Both the position numbers and the translations under genes were made by a program. A DNA stretch of 48,135 nt, taken from Gemmatimonadota bacterium. GTDB lineage: Bacteria; Gemmatimonadota; Gemmatimonadetes; Longimicrobiales; RSA9. The stretch covers positions 1 through 48,135 of the forward strand of contig JBBDRO010000029.1 of the NCBI GenBank assembly GCA_040905425.1, written 5' to 3'. Below are positions 39,093 to 48,135 of the stretch, piece after piece (positions within the stretch are counted from its first letter, which is position 1; every line of letters starts with the position of its first letter). The notes under the pieces were generated by a model. The model searched no databases. It was given only the letters and a program-made list of their open reading frames with translations, and had not been told where the DNA came from.

Positions 39093-41498
39093 ATGAGCAC
39101 CACCATCCGCCGTCCTGGCATTCGGTTCATCCTGGCGCTCGCCTTCCTCACGCTTGCGTTGCCGGCGCCTGTCGCGGCGCAGGGCACGCGCGCCGACTAC
39201 GAGCGCGCGGACAACGTGAGCGGCCGCCTCTCCGAGCTCATCGTGGGCCAGCCGGCCGCGCCGGAATGGCTCGGCGCCACGAACCGCTTCTGGTACCGCG
39301 TGAGCGTGCCGGGAGGCAACGAGTTCCGCCTGGTGGACGCGCCGGCGACCACGCAGCGGGAGCTCTTCGATCATGCGCGCCTGGCCACGGCCATCAACGC
39401 CGCCACGGGCCGGGATTATACGCCGGTGACGCTGCCGTTCACCGGCCGCGGGGCACGCCTGGAGGTGGCGGAGGACCTGAGCGGCATCCGCTTCGTGCTC
39501 GAGGAACGCTGGTGGGACTGCACGCTGGCCACGTACGAATGTGTAAGGGCTGAGGCGGTGGAGCCGACGGGGCAGGGCGGCCGCGGCGGCGCCGGCAACG
39601 GGGAGGTGCGAACGTCGCCTGATGAAGAGTGGGACGCGTTCATCCACAACCACAACGTGGCCATCCAGCCGGCGGACGGCGGGCGGGATGACATGATCGT
39701 GCTGAGCAGCGACGGGTCGGAGGGGAACTTCTACACGCTGGGTTCGCTGCGCTGGTCGCCGGACTCGCGCAAGCTGATGGCCTACCGCCGCCGGCCGGGC
39801 TACGAGCGCATCGTGCACTACGTGCGCTCCGCGCCGAGTGACCAGGTGCAGCCGCGGCTGGAGACCACCCGTACGCTGGGCAACCCGAACGGCACCTACC
39901 GCAAGCCCGGCGACGTGGTGGACCGCGACCGGCCGGTGCTCTTCGACGTGGCCAGCCGCCAGCAGATCATCATCGACAACGAGCTCTTTCCGAACCCGTA
40001 TTCGCTCAACCGCCCCGATTGGCGGGAGGACAGCCGCGCCTTCACCTTCCAGTACAACGAGCGCGGGCACAAGAACTACCGGGTGATCGAGGTGGACGCC
40101 GCCACGGGCGCCACGCGCACCCTGATCGACGAGCGGCCGGAGACCTTCTTCAACTACGACGACACGCTCTGGCGCCACGACATCCACGATGGGCGCGAGA
40201 TCCTGTGGCAATCGGAGCGCGACGGCTGGAAGCACCTCTGGCTCTATGACGGTGTGACCGGGCAGGTGAAGAATCAGGTGACGCGCGGCGCGTGGGTGGT
40301 GCGCGGTGTGGACAGCGTGGACGTGGCCGACCGCCAGATCCACTTCCGGGCCAGCGGCATGAATCCGGAGCAGGACCCCTACTTCATCCACCACTACCGG
40401 ATCGACTTCGACGGCACGGGCCTGGTGGCCTACACGGCGGCGGACGGCACGCATACCGTGAGCTGGTCGCCGGACCGGCAGTACTACGTGGACATGTGGT
40501 CGCGCGTGGACCAGCCGCACGTGATGGAACTCAGGCGGGCACGTGACCAGCAGCGGATCATGGAGGTGGCACGCACGGACGTGAGCGCGCTGGAGGAGGC
40601 GGGCTGGCAGCGGCCGGAGCCGTTCGTGGCCATGGGGCGGGACGGGGAGACGGACATCTGGGGCGTCATCATCCGACCCACGAACTTCGATCCGGCGCGG
40701 CGCTATCCGGTCATCGAGAACATCTACGCCGGCCCGCAGGGCTCCTTCGTGCCCAAGAGCTTCGGCGTCCAGGGCGGCATGCAGTCGCTGGCCGAGCTGG
40801 GCTTCATCGTGGTGCAGATCGACGGCATGGGCACCAACAACCGCTCCAAGGCTTTCCACGACGTGGCCTGGAAGAACCTGGGGGACGCCGGCTTCCCGGA
40901 CCGCATTCTCTGGCACCGGGCCGTGGCGGAGCGCTACCCGTACTACGACACCTCACGGGTGGGCATCTACGGCACCTCGGCCGGCGGGCAGAACGCCACC
41001 GGCGCGCTGCTCTTCCATCCGGAGTTCTACGACGTGGCCGTCTCGGCGGTGGGCTGCCACGACAATCGCATGGACAAGATCTGGTGGAACGAGCTGTGGA
41101 TGAGCTGGCCGCTCGGGCCGCACTACGAGGCCTCCTCCAACGTGGTCAACGCGCACAAGCTGCAGGGCAACCTGCTGCTGGTAGTGGGCGAGCTGGACAC
41201 CAACGTGGACCCCGCCTCCACCTATCAGGTGGTGGACGCCCTGCTGCGGGCCGGCAAGGACGTGGATCTGCTCATGGTGCCCGGGGCCGGTCACGGCTCC
41301 GGCGGGCGGATGGGCACGCGCAAGCGCAACGACTATTTCGTGCGCTACCTGCACGGTGTGGAGCCGCCGCGGTGGAACGCGCTGGACGGGGCGGCGGTCG
41401 ACAGCCAGTCCGACGCGGACACATCGTTGGACGCGGCCGATGACTGGCTGGCGCTGCCCGCGTCGGAGGCGCCGCCGCTGGCGGACGAGTGGCGGTAG
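39093..41498 (+). CDS. Secreted S9B dipeptidyl peptidase IV family protein
   Basis: Signal peptide; [26 protein letters not shown] nucleophile, ELDTNV, GAGHG. Confidence 0.92.
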   Translation: MSTTIRRPGIRFILALAFLTLALPAPVAAQGTRADYERADNVSGRLSELIVGQPAAPEWLGATNRFWYRVSVPGGNEFRLVDAPATTQRELFDHARLATAINAATGRDYTPVTLPFTGRGARLEVAEDLSGIRFVLEERWWDCTLATYECVRAEAVEPTGQGGRGGAGNGEVRTSPDEEWDAFIHNHNVAIQPADGGRDDMIVLSSDGSEGNFYTLGSLRWSPDSRKLMAYRRRPGYERIVHYVRSAPSDQVQPRLETTRTLGNPNGTYRKPGDVVDRDRPVLFDVASRQQIIIDNELFPNPYSLNRPDWREDSRAFTFQYNERGHKNYRVIEVDAATGATRTLIDERPETFFNYDDTLWRHDIHDGREILWQSERDGWKHLWLYDGVTGQVKNQVTRGAWVVRGVDSVDVADRQIHFRASGMNPEQDPYFIHHYRIDFDGTGLVAYTAADGTHTVSWSPDRQYYVDMWSRVDQPHVMELRRARDQQRIMEVARTDVSALEEAGWQRPEPFVAMGRDGETDIWGVIIRPTNFDPARRYPVIENIYAGPQGSFVPKSFGVQGGMQSLAELGFIVVQIDGMGTNNRSKAFHDVAWKNLGDAGFPDRILWHRAVAERYPYYDTSRVGIYGTSAGGQNATGALLFHPEFYDVAVSAVGCHDNRMDKIWWNELWMSWPLGPHYEASSNVVNAHKLQGNLLLVVGELDTNVDPASTYQVVDALLRAGKDVDLLMVPGAGHGSGGRMGTRKRNDYFVRYLHGVEPPRWNALDGAAVDSQSDADTSLDAADDWLALPASEAPPLADEWR

Positions 41499-41561
41499 GC
41501 GGGCGGTTCAACCAGCCGGCCGGTCCCGGCGTTGGCACCAGGCGGACCGTTCCGGGGCGGT

Positions 41562-41602
41562 GGCGCCGGCGCGGTGCCGCGGGGAGCGGCCACGCCGGCG
41601 CC
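41562..41602. terminator. GC-rich hairpin between convergent genes
   Basis: ggcgccggcg(41562-71)/cgccggcgcc(41593-602) with inner gccgc-gggga-gcggc. Confidence 0.5.
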
Positions 41603-41612
41603 TTCCCGTCCG

Positions 41613-43406
41613 CTACTCGATCCGGTCCAGCACCCACAGCTCCTTGCGCAGGTCGCCGGAGATGTAGGCCAGACGGGTGCCGCGCGGGTCGAGGCTGGCG
41701 TAGCCGGCACCGCCGGAGAAGTCCTGGAAGCCCATGGGCTGGATGTCCCCGGTGGCCACGGTCACGGCCCATAGATCATGGGTGTCCTGGCCCTCCCACG
41801 CGCCGCCCATGACGAGCAGGTGGCGGCCGTCGGGTGTCCACACGAGCGGCCCGCGCTGCGGCTCCAGGTGGCGGGGGTACGCCACGCTGACCACCGTGCG
41901 CGATGCGCCGCCCGCGGCAGGGAGCATGCGGATCTCGCTCGGACCTTCCCCCTCGGCCCGCGTCACGTAGGCCAGACTCTGGCCGTCCGGGGAGAAGCTG
42001 AGCGCGCGCACCCCCTCCTGCGTGGTCCCCTCCAGCGCGCGGCGCGTGCCGTCAGCCAGGTCGATCATGACGATGCCCCGCTCGCTGCTGGCGTTGCCGT
42101 CCGGCTGGGCGGTGGCCAGCGTGCGGCCGTCCGGGGAGAGGGCTGCCACCTGCCCGGCATCGGAGAGTACCACCCGCACGGCACCGCTCTCGACTGAAAC
42201 GCTGTGGACGGTCCCAGCGCGATCCCACAAAGCGAGCTGGCCACCATCAGGCGTCCAGTCCATGCCCTGGATATGCGGAGCGTCGAGCCTGGCCAGCTCT
42301 CGCACGCCGTCGCCGGTGACCTGGCGCACCATCACGCGCGTGGGGCCCTGATTGTTCAGCGGGCGGAGCAGGTAGGCCAGCTGATTGCCGTCCGGCGACC
42401 AAACGGGATAGCGCGCGTTGCCATCCATGGGGGACGTCAGCGCCGTGGGCGCCGAGAGGATGCGGGCCCCCGCGGCATCCACGGACGCCAGATGCACGCG
42501 CGGCGCGTCCACCGGAATGGTGTAGTAGAACGCCTCCCCCGCGCGTCCCCCGCCCTGGATCACCGAGGGCACGCCGTCCTGCACCAGCCGGACGTCGCCG
42601 CTCTGGCGGCCTTGGTCGATGGGGATCAGCCACAGGCCAGTGCGGCCGTCATGGGCCCCGTGCACTACCAGGCCGTTGCCGGCCGCCGTCCAGTCTATGA
42701 GCGACGTGTTCGGGGCGCTTATCTGCGTGACCGTGCCGCCGTCCAGATCCCGTACTTTCAGGCCGCTCATCCAGTACGCCACGTATCGCCCGTCCGGGGA
42801 AAAGCGGCCCTCGCGCCCCTCGCCCCGGCCCCGCCCGAATTCCGGCTCCAGCACCGTGACATCGCGCGTGTCGGGGTCCAGGATGGCAAGGGTGCTGAGC
42901 TCTGGCGTGGTGTAGTGCGTGAACAGAATGCCTCGCTCCGACCAGTCCAGCGGCGCGATCCAGTCATCCCGGTCGCCGATCGAGCGCAGCAGGTGCTGGG
43001 TGGTGTCCCCCAGCTCCACGTAGCGCAGTTCGTAGCGGAACGGCGAGCCCGTCAGCACGTTGCCGTACGAGTAGACCACCCTGCTGCCGTCCGGGGAGAA
43101 CACCGGATACTCGGCCCAACTACCGTTCGCCGTCCAGGCGCCCTTGTCCGTGATACGGCGGCTCTCGGCCGTCCCGATGTCGTGGACGGCCACGTCCCCC
43201 GTGCTCCAGTCCACGAACGTGACGAGCCGCCCATCGGGTGAGGGGTTGGCGTAGTCGCCGGCGGCGGCCCAGACGCGGCGCGGGGGCGGTGCGTCCGTAT
43301 CGGCCGCAGCGATCACGACCTGACCGTTCGGGGTCTCCGCCTCGGAGGTGCCGCAGGCGCTGGCGGCCAGCGCCAGCAGGAGCAGCGGCAGTGCGGTGTT
43401 TCTCAT
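41613..43406 (-). CDS. PD40/TolB-like beta-propeller lipoprotein
   Basis: GGAGAG RBS, ATG 43406; lipobox ASAC; many SPDG/TPDG blades; paralogous to 36799-38928. Confidence 0.85.
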   Translation of the reverse strand: MRNTALPLLLLALAASACGTSEAETPNGQVVIAAADTDAPPPRRVWAAAGDYANPSPDGRLVTFVDWSTGDVAVHDIGTAESRRITDKGAWTANGSWAEYPVFSPDGSRVVYSYGNVLTGSPFRYELRYVELGDTTQHLLRSIGDRDDWIAPLDWSERGILFTHYTTPELSTLAILDPDTRDVTVLEPEFGRGRGEGREGRFSPDGRYVAYWMSGLKVRDLDGGTVTQISAPNTSLIDWTAAGNGLVVHGAHDGRTGLWLIPIDQGRQSGDVRLVQDGVPSVIQGGGRAGEAFYYTIPVDAPRVHLASVDAAGARILSAPTALTSPMDGNARYPVWSPDGNQLAYLLRPLNNQGPTRVMVRQVTGDGVRELARLDAPHIQGMDWTPDGGQLALWDRAGTVHSVSVESGAVRVVLSDAGQVAALSPDGRTLATAQPDGNASSERGIVMIDLADGTRRALEGTTQEGVRALSFSPDGQSLAYVTRAEGEGPSEIRMLPAAGGASRTVVSVAYPRHLEPQRGPLVWTPDGRHLLVMGGAWEGQDTHDLWAVTVATGDIQPMGFQDFSGGAGYASLDPRGTRLAYISGDLRKELWVLDRIE

Positions 43407-43477
43407 GATCTCTCCAGGTTGGGGGTGCTTTGCTGCCACCCCGTACCTCTTCAGGATCCGGCCCGGAACCGCCGGTT

Positions 43478-43591
43478 TGATGTAACGTGCCGGCTGAGAA
43501 CCACTTAGGCGATTTGCTAGCGCGGTCGGATGGTCCCTGACTGAAACGGATCGTTCCAGCTCCGGCTGGCCGGCTGGACCATCCCGTTGCA
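43478..43591 (-). promoter_or_regulatory. Candidate sigma54 promoter with tandem enhancer-like inverted repeats
   Basis: Minus-strand CCGGCACG -24-like element (~43493-86) but ATCA at -12; 17-bp imperfect IRs at 43542-58 and 43575-91. Confidence 0.3.
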
Positions 43592-43605
43592 CCGCATGCT
43601 CGACG

Positions 43606-45216
43606 TCAGCCGTGCGGCAGGGTGACCCGGAAGACCGCTCCGCCACCGGGAGGACTCGCGGCCTGGATGCTGCCGCCGTGCGCCGCGATGATGCGCCGGG
43701 TGACGGCCAGGCCCACCCCCGTCCCCCCCGGGCGTGTGGTGAAGAACGGCTCGAATACCTGCTCGATCCGATCCTCCGGTATGCCCGGGCCATCGTCCGA
43801 CACCGTAATGGCCGCGCTGCCCGCTCCGTGTTGGATGGCCACCACCGCCTCTCCACCCTGACCGACCGCCTCGGCCGCATTCAGGAAGAGGTTCAGGAAT
43901 GCCTGTGTGAGAGCATCGGGATCGCCCAGGATCAGGACCGCCTCCCGCCGCGCCGGGAGCCGCAGCACGGCCGCGTGGCGGCCGAAGGCGGGTTCGGCTG
44001 CGCGCGCGGCGGCCACCAGGGTCTCCATGAGGTCCATCCTGCGTGGTTCCACCCGCCCGCTGCGCGCGGCCTCCAGCGCGCCGGCCACGGTGCGGTTGAG
44101 GCGGTCCAGGTCCGCCAGCGCCTGGGCCTGCAGCGGTCGCAGCGGGGATTCCGGGGGCAGCCGCTCTTCCACTTCCTGGAGGTCCAGGCGGATGGCCGTG
44201 AGCGGATTGCGCACCTCGTGAGCCAGGGCGGCGGCAAACTCGTTGACCGCGCTCAGGGATTCGCGCTCGGCCAGCTGTGCCAGCGTGCGGCGCAGTGTGT
44301 CCGTCATGGTGTTGAAGGCCACGCCCACGCGTCCCACCTCGTCATCCGCGCGCACGTGGACCGTGCGGGAGAGGTCGCCGCCGGCCACCGCGCTGGCGCC
44401 GTCCGCGAGCTGCTGCAGAGAAGCCGTCAGCCGCCGTGACAGGAGTGAGGCCAGCATCACGCCCAGCAGGACCACCGCCACCAGCGTCAGCATCCCGCGG
44501 CGGCCAGCGTCCTGAAAAGGTGAGGCGAAGGGCGTCAGGGGCGCGGCGGCCACCAGGCGAATCCGGGGTTCCGTGCCGTCGATGCTCTCGGTGACCCACG
44601 GCTCGCCGTTCCAGACCAGACTGCGCTGTGCGAGGGCGCCGGCTTCCAGGTCGGTCGGGATGAGCACCGCCCCCGTGGACGGGTCGATGGCCGTGAGGAG
44701 CGCCCCCGCCATGGGCGCGGAGGACCGCGGCCGCAGGGCGTTGATGTTGATCGCCGCTTCAAGGACGCCCAGCGAGTCCCCCGTCAGGCGGTCGTGGATG
44801 GGCAGGCGCACCTGGAGCGGCAGGCCGAACGCCGAGGGCGCGCGGCCGCCGCGATCCAGCACCCACGCCCCGCGGCCGCGGACGGCCAGCCGTTCGAGCG
44901 AGAGGTCCATGGCACGGAACCCCTCCACCAGCGTCCGTGGCGGCTCGGTGGGCAGCGCGCCCTGTGCGAGTGCCCGGGTCACCTCCGGGAGGTCCGCCAG
45001 GTCCAGGAGGCGGCTCCGGTAGAGCACCCACTCCTGCTCGAGGGCGGCGTGGTCGTCGGCCAGGGCGTCACGCAGCCGCTCGCGCAGCACCATTTCCCCC
45101 GTTCGGGCGGTGCGGCCCGATAGCCAGAAGCCGAGTACCGCCAGCGGTGCCAGCCCCACGCCCAGCACCAGGACGAGGATACGGGCCCGCAGCGAGAGCG
45201 ACCGCCGCCGGCTCAT
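43606..45216 (-). CDS. HAMP sensor histidine kinase (NtrB/HydH-like)
   Basis: Two TMs, HAMP (DDEVGRVGVAFNTM), AHEVRNPL, NLFLNA, DDGPG, FEPFFTT, GTGVGL. Confidence 0.93.
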   Translation of the reverse strand: MSRRRSLSLRARILVLVLGVGLAPLAVLGFWLSGRTARTGEMVLRERLRDALADDHAALEQEWVLYRSRLLDLADLPEVTRALAQGALPTEPPRTLVEGFRAMDLSLERLAVRGRGAWVLDRGGRAPSAFGLPLQVRLPIHDRLTGDSLGVLEAAININALRPRSSAPMAGALLTAIDPSTGAVLIPTDLEAGALAQRSLVWNGEPWVTESIDGTEPRIRLVAAAPLTPFASPFQDAGRRGMLTLVAVVLLGVMLASLLSRRLTASLQQLADGASAVAGGDLSRTVHVRADDEVGRVGVAFNTMTDTLRRTLAQLAERESLSAVNEFAAALAHEVRNPLTAIRLDLQEVEERLPPESPLRPLQAQALADLDRLNRTVAGALEAARSGRVEPRRMDLMETLVAAARAAEPAFGRHAAVLRLPARREAVLILGDPDALTQAFLNLFLNAAEAVGQGGEAVVAIQHGAGSAAITVSDDGPGIPEDRIEQVFEPFFTTRPGGTGVGLAVTRRIIAAHGGSIQAASPPGGGAVFRVTLPHG

Positions 45217-46544
45217 TCGATGTCGTGCTTGTCGATGAGGCGCCGCAGCCGCGGGCGGGAGATCCCCAGGATTTCCGCGGCGCGGGTCCGGTTGCCCCCC
45301 GCGGCGGCGAGCACGGCGGCCACGTGCTCCCCCTCGACGGTGTCCAGCGTGGCCAGGCGGGGCTGCGTGGCGTTGCCGCCCATGAGCGCCAGGTGCTCGG
45401 GCCGGATTACGCCGCCCCGGGCCAGCACCACCGCGCGCATGATGCAGTTCTCCAGTTCGCGCACGTTGCCGGGCCAGTCGTGGGCCATGAAGCGGTCCAT
45501 GGCCTCTTCCGACAGCCGGGGCGTGGCGTCCAGCGCCGCCGCGCGTGCCGCCTTGGCCAGCAGGTGGGCGGCCAGCGCCGGGATGTCGGTGCGGCGCTCG
45601 CGGAGCGGCGGCACGTGGAGCTCCACCACCCGGAGCCGATAATAGAGATCCTCCCTGAACCGCCCTTCCTCGACCAGCGCCTCCAAGTCCCGATGCGTGG
45701 CCGCCAGCACGCGTGCTTCCGTACGTATGGCGCGGTCGGCGCCCACGGGGTGGAACTCCTGCTCCTGGAGCACTCGCAGCAGCTTGGCCTGGAATTCGGG
45801 CGTCGTGTCACCGATCTCATCGAGCAGGATCGTGCCGCTGCCCGCCTGGGCGAAGCGCCCCTTCCGATCCGCAGTGGCGCCCGTGAAAGCGCCCCGCACG
45901 TGCCCGAAGAGCTCCGATTCCAGGAGCGTTTCGGGAATGGCCGTGCAGTTCACCGACACGAACGGCTCGGCGGCCGCGCTCGAATGGGCATGGATGGCGC
46001 GCGCGATGATCTCCTTGCCCGTGCCGCTCTCACCCCGGATGACCACCGTGGTGCGGTTGCTGGCCAGCTGGCCCACCATCTTGAAGATCTCGAGCATGGC
46101 GGGATCGCGGCCCACCAGATCGGCGGGGCCGCCGGCTGCGGCCGCGCCACCGGCCGGACCGCCGGCGGAGTTCGGCCCGCTGCGGTCCCGGAAGACGCGC
46201 TCCACCACGGCCCGGAGCTGATGCAGGTCGAGCGGCTTCACCAGGAAGTCGGCAGCCCCCTCGCGCATGGCGCCGGCTACCGTGCTCAGGTCCTCGTAGG
46301 CCGTCATGAGCACCACGTCCACGTCGGGGGCACGCTCCTTCAGCAGGGCCAGCAGCTCCAGCCCGCTCATGCCGGGCATACGCACGTCTGACAGCACCAG
46401 GTGAGGTCGTGCCTCGGCAACGCAGGCCAGCGCGGCTTCAGCCGACGCCACACTCCGCACGTGGGTCCGCCCATCATTCAGGACGCGCGCGAGAGAAGTG
46501 CGCACGCGCTCGTCGTCGTCGATCAGCAGGATGTGCCGGGACAT
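45213..46544 (-). CDS. Sigma54-dependent response regulator (NtrC/AtoC family)
   Basis: Receiver (IDDD, DVRMP, KP), GESGTGKE, ESELFGH..GAFTGA, LDEIG, WPGNVRELEN, Fis-type HTH. Confidence 0.95.
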   Translation of the reverse strand: MSRHILLIDDDERVRTSLARVLNDGRTHVRSVASAEAALACVAEARPHLVLSDVRMPGMSGLELLALLKERAPDVDVVLMTAYEDLSTVAGAMREGAADFLVKPLDLHQLRAVVERVFRDRSGPNSAGGPAGGAAAAGGPADLVGRDPAMLEIFKMVGQLASNRTTVVIRGESGTGKEIIARAIHAHSSAAAEPFVSVNCTAIPETLLESELFGHVRGAFTGATADRKGRFAQAGSGTILLDEIGDTTPEFQAKLLRVLQEQEFHPVGADRAIRTEARVLAATHRDLEALVEEGRFREDLYYRLRVVELHVPPLRERRTDIPALAAHLLAKAARAAALDATPRLSEEAMDRFMAHDWPGNVRELENCIMRAVVLARGGVIRPEHLALMGGNATQPRLATLDTVEGEHVAAVLAAAGGNRTRAAEILGISRPRLRRLIDKHDIE

Positions 46545-46621
46545 GAGGCCCCCGGGAAGGTGGGGGTGGTGAGCATCGGTACGTGACCGAGCTTAGGGCG
46601 GAAGCCCCTCCGGCGCCAGTC

Positions 46622-48135
46622 TCAGCGCTCCGCGCTCACTGCTGGGGCAGCGGACCGCGGCGTCGATGCCGCTTCGGCCGGTGTGCCGTACAGCGCCAGG
46701 TAGATGCGTGCGTTCTGCCGGACCGTGCGCACGTAGTCCCGCGTTTCCGGGTAGGGAATGCGCTCCGCGAAGAGGTCGCGGAAGGCGTACTCGGGGTGCT
46801 GCCGCCACCGTGCCAGCCTGCCCGAGCCCGCGTTGTAGGCCACCAGCAGCTCGTCCACACGGCCATCGTAGCGGTGCAGATGATCCGTCAGCACCCGGAT
46901 TCCCAGGCGCAGGTTCACTTCCGGGTCACGCAACCGCTCCTCTGCCCGCTCGATCCCCATGGCGGGTCCCAGCGCGCGTGCAGTGGCCGGCATGACCTGC
47001 ATGAGGCCTACGGCGCCCGCGGCGCTCACGGCCCGCGGATCGAACATGGATTCCTGGCGGATCAGGCCGGCTACCAGGTACGGGTCCACGCCGGCCCGCG
47101 CCGCTTCGGCCTCAACGGCGCTGCGCCAGGGGAACGGGTAGACGATGCGCAGCAGCCGCGCGTTCCACGAGGGCGTGCCGCGGTGGATTTCCCGGCCGAT
47201 GCTGATCCCCGCGAAGGTCTCTCCACGGGCGTGATGCGTCTCGGCGAGCGCATAGAGCCCACCCGGGACCGTGGCCAGGTAGCGGCGCATGCGGCCCGCC
47301 TCGTACGTGGCGGCCTCCTCCAGCCCGGCCGCCCGGAGTGCCGACTGACGGGCAAGCGCGCCGCGGGCCGCCTGCGCCAGCTCCGCGTCCGCGGGCGGCG
47401 AGGCCGACAGCGCGAGCTGCCAGGGCTCGGCACCGAGCCACGCCAGCGCTTCCGCGCCGTAGAAGGTGGCCGGATCCATCTCGTGCGCCTCCCTGAGGCG
47501 AGTCGCGGCGCGTGCGGTGTCACCCGCCGCTTGCCAGGCACGTCCAGCCCAGTAACTGGCCTGTTGTAGACGCTCCCCGGCGGCGGCTCCGCGGTACCCC
47601 TCGAGGAGCCGAGCCGCGCCGAGGTGGTCCGCCTCCATCCACGCCAGCCCGGCCAGGCGCATGGCGGCCAGTCCGCCGTTCGCTCCGCCGGGATCGAGGC
47701 GCATTGCCTCCGCGTAGTGCCGGCGCGCGTCATCGATGCGCCCCGCGTCGTGATCCTGGTCCGCGAGGATGAAATGGGCTTCGGCCACGGGCCGCTCGTC
47801 CGGGTGCTCGGCCGTGGCGCGGCGCAGGGTGGCCCGTCCCATCTGGGTCCGGTTATCGCGGAGCTGCGCACGGCCGGCCAGAACCAGGCCGCTCGCGCGC
47901 TGGGGGGCAGGGACCGCCGGATCGGCAACGGCGCGCAGCGCTCGCCGCTCCGCCTCGGCGGTGTTCCCGCTCTTCAGGAAGGCGGCGGCCAGCTCCAGGC
48001 GCACAGCCGCTCGCTCGGCCGGTGTGCCGCGGCCGGCGTTGAGCCACGCCTCGAGCCCTGCCGCGCCTCGCTGTAGATTGCCATGGCGCAAGAATACGGA
48101 TCCGGCCAGACGCAGATCACCCTCATCAGCCACCT
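46622..48135 (-). CDS. TPR-containing soluble lytic transglycosylase (Slt70-like), 5'-truncated by the window edge
   Basis: IRQES (catalytic Glu), GAVGLMQVMP, AYNAG, ETRDYV; frame is open to the window end. Confidence 0.92.
   Translation of the reverse strand, partial: VADEGDLRLAGSVFLRHGNLQRGAAGLEAWLNAGRGTPAERAAVRLELAAAFLKSGNTAEAERRALRAVADPAVPAPQRASGLVLAGRAQLRDNRTQMGRATLRRATAEHPDERPVAEAHFILADQDHDAGRIDDARRHYAEAMRLDPGGANGGLAAMRLAGLAWMEADHLGAARLLEGYRGAAAGERLQQASYWAGRAWQAAGDTARAATRLREAHEMDPATFYGAEALAWLGAEPWQLALSASPPADAELAQAARGALARQSALRAAGLEEAATYEAGRMRRYLATVPGGLYALAETHHARGETFAGISIGREIHRGTPSWNARLLRIVYPFPWRSAVEAEAARAGVDPYLVAGLIRQESMFDPRAVSAAGAVGLMQVMPATARALGPAMGIERAEERLRDPEVNLRLGIRVLTDHLHRYDGRVDELLVAYNAGSGRLARWRQHPEYAFRDLFAERIPYPETRDYVRTVRQNARIYLALYGTPAEAASTPRSAAPAVSAER

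Overview
Very GC-rich bacterial chromosomal segment, about 70% GC by eye. The gene repertoire is suggestive of Gemmatimonadota/Longimicrobiales, which is an inference only. There are about 35 credible genes; the many long antisense ORFs are GC shadow frames. Left to right: (i) a short leader with two 35-bp repeats carrying a parS-like palindrome, then an internally deleted EamA gene; (ii) a ~14 kb minus-strand cluster encoding lipoprotein RidA, Tat-lipoprotein MSOX-like FAD oxidase, MoxR, DUF58, BatA/vWA, two large membrane proteins, TldE, Tat-exported TldD (metal-ligand Cys replaced by Asp) and a secreted M14 carboxypeptidase, which is the best candidate for an uncharacterised extracytoplasmic peptide/amine-processing system; (iii) a VPS10/BNR propeller and a 6-bladed propeller lipoprotein; (iv) a perfect 28-bp AT-rich palindrome and a long hairpin, followed by a 4-TM protein, an Ntn acylase and an ECF sigma/anti-sigma/PDZ/hydrolase operon; (v) argG, mutY, an aquaporin lacking the ar/R Arg, a serine hydrolase, a cupin, a YvlD-like protein and a FabH homologue with its catalytic Cys codon changed to Phe; (vi) two different two-component systems, each followed by a paralogous PD40 propeller, converging around an S9 peptidase, and a partial Slt. 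No rRNA, tRNA, CRISPR array, integrase or transposase was recognised. Family calls rest on motifs read by eye, not on database searches.
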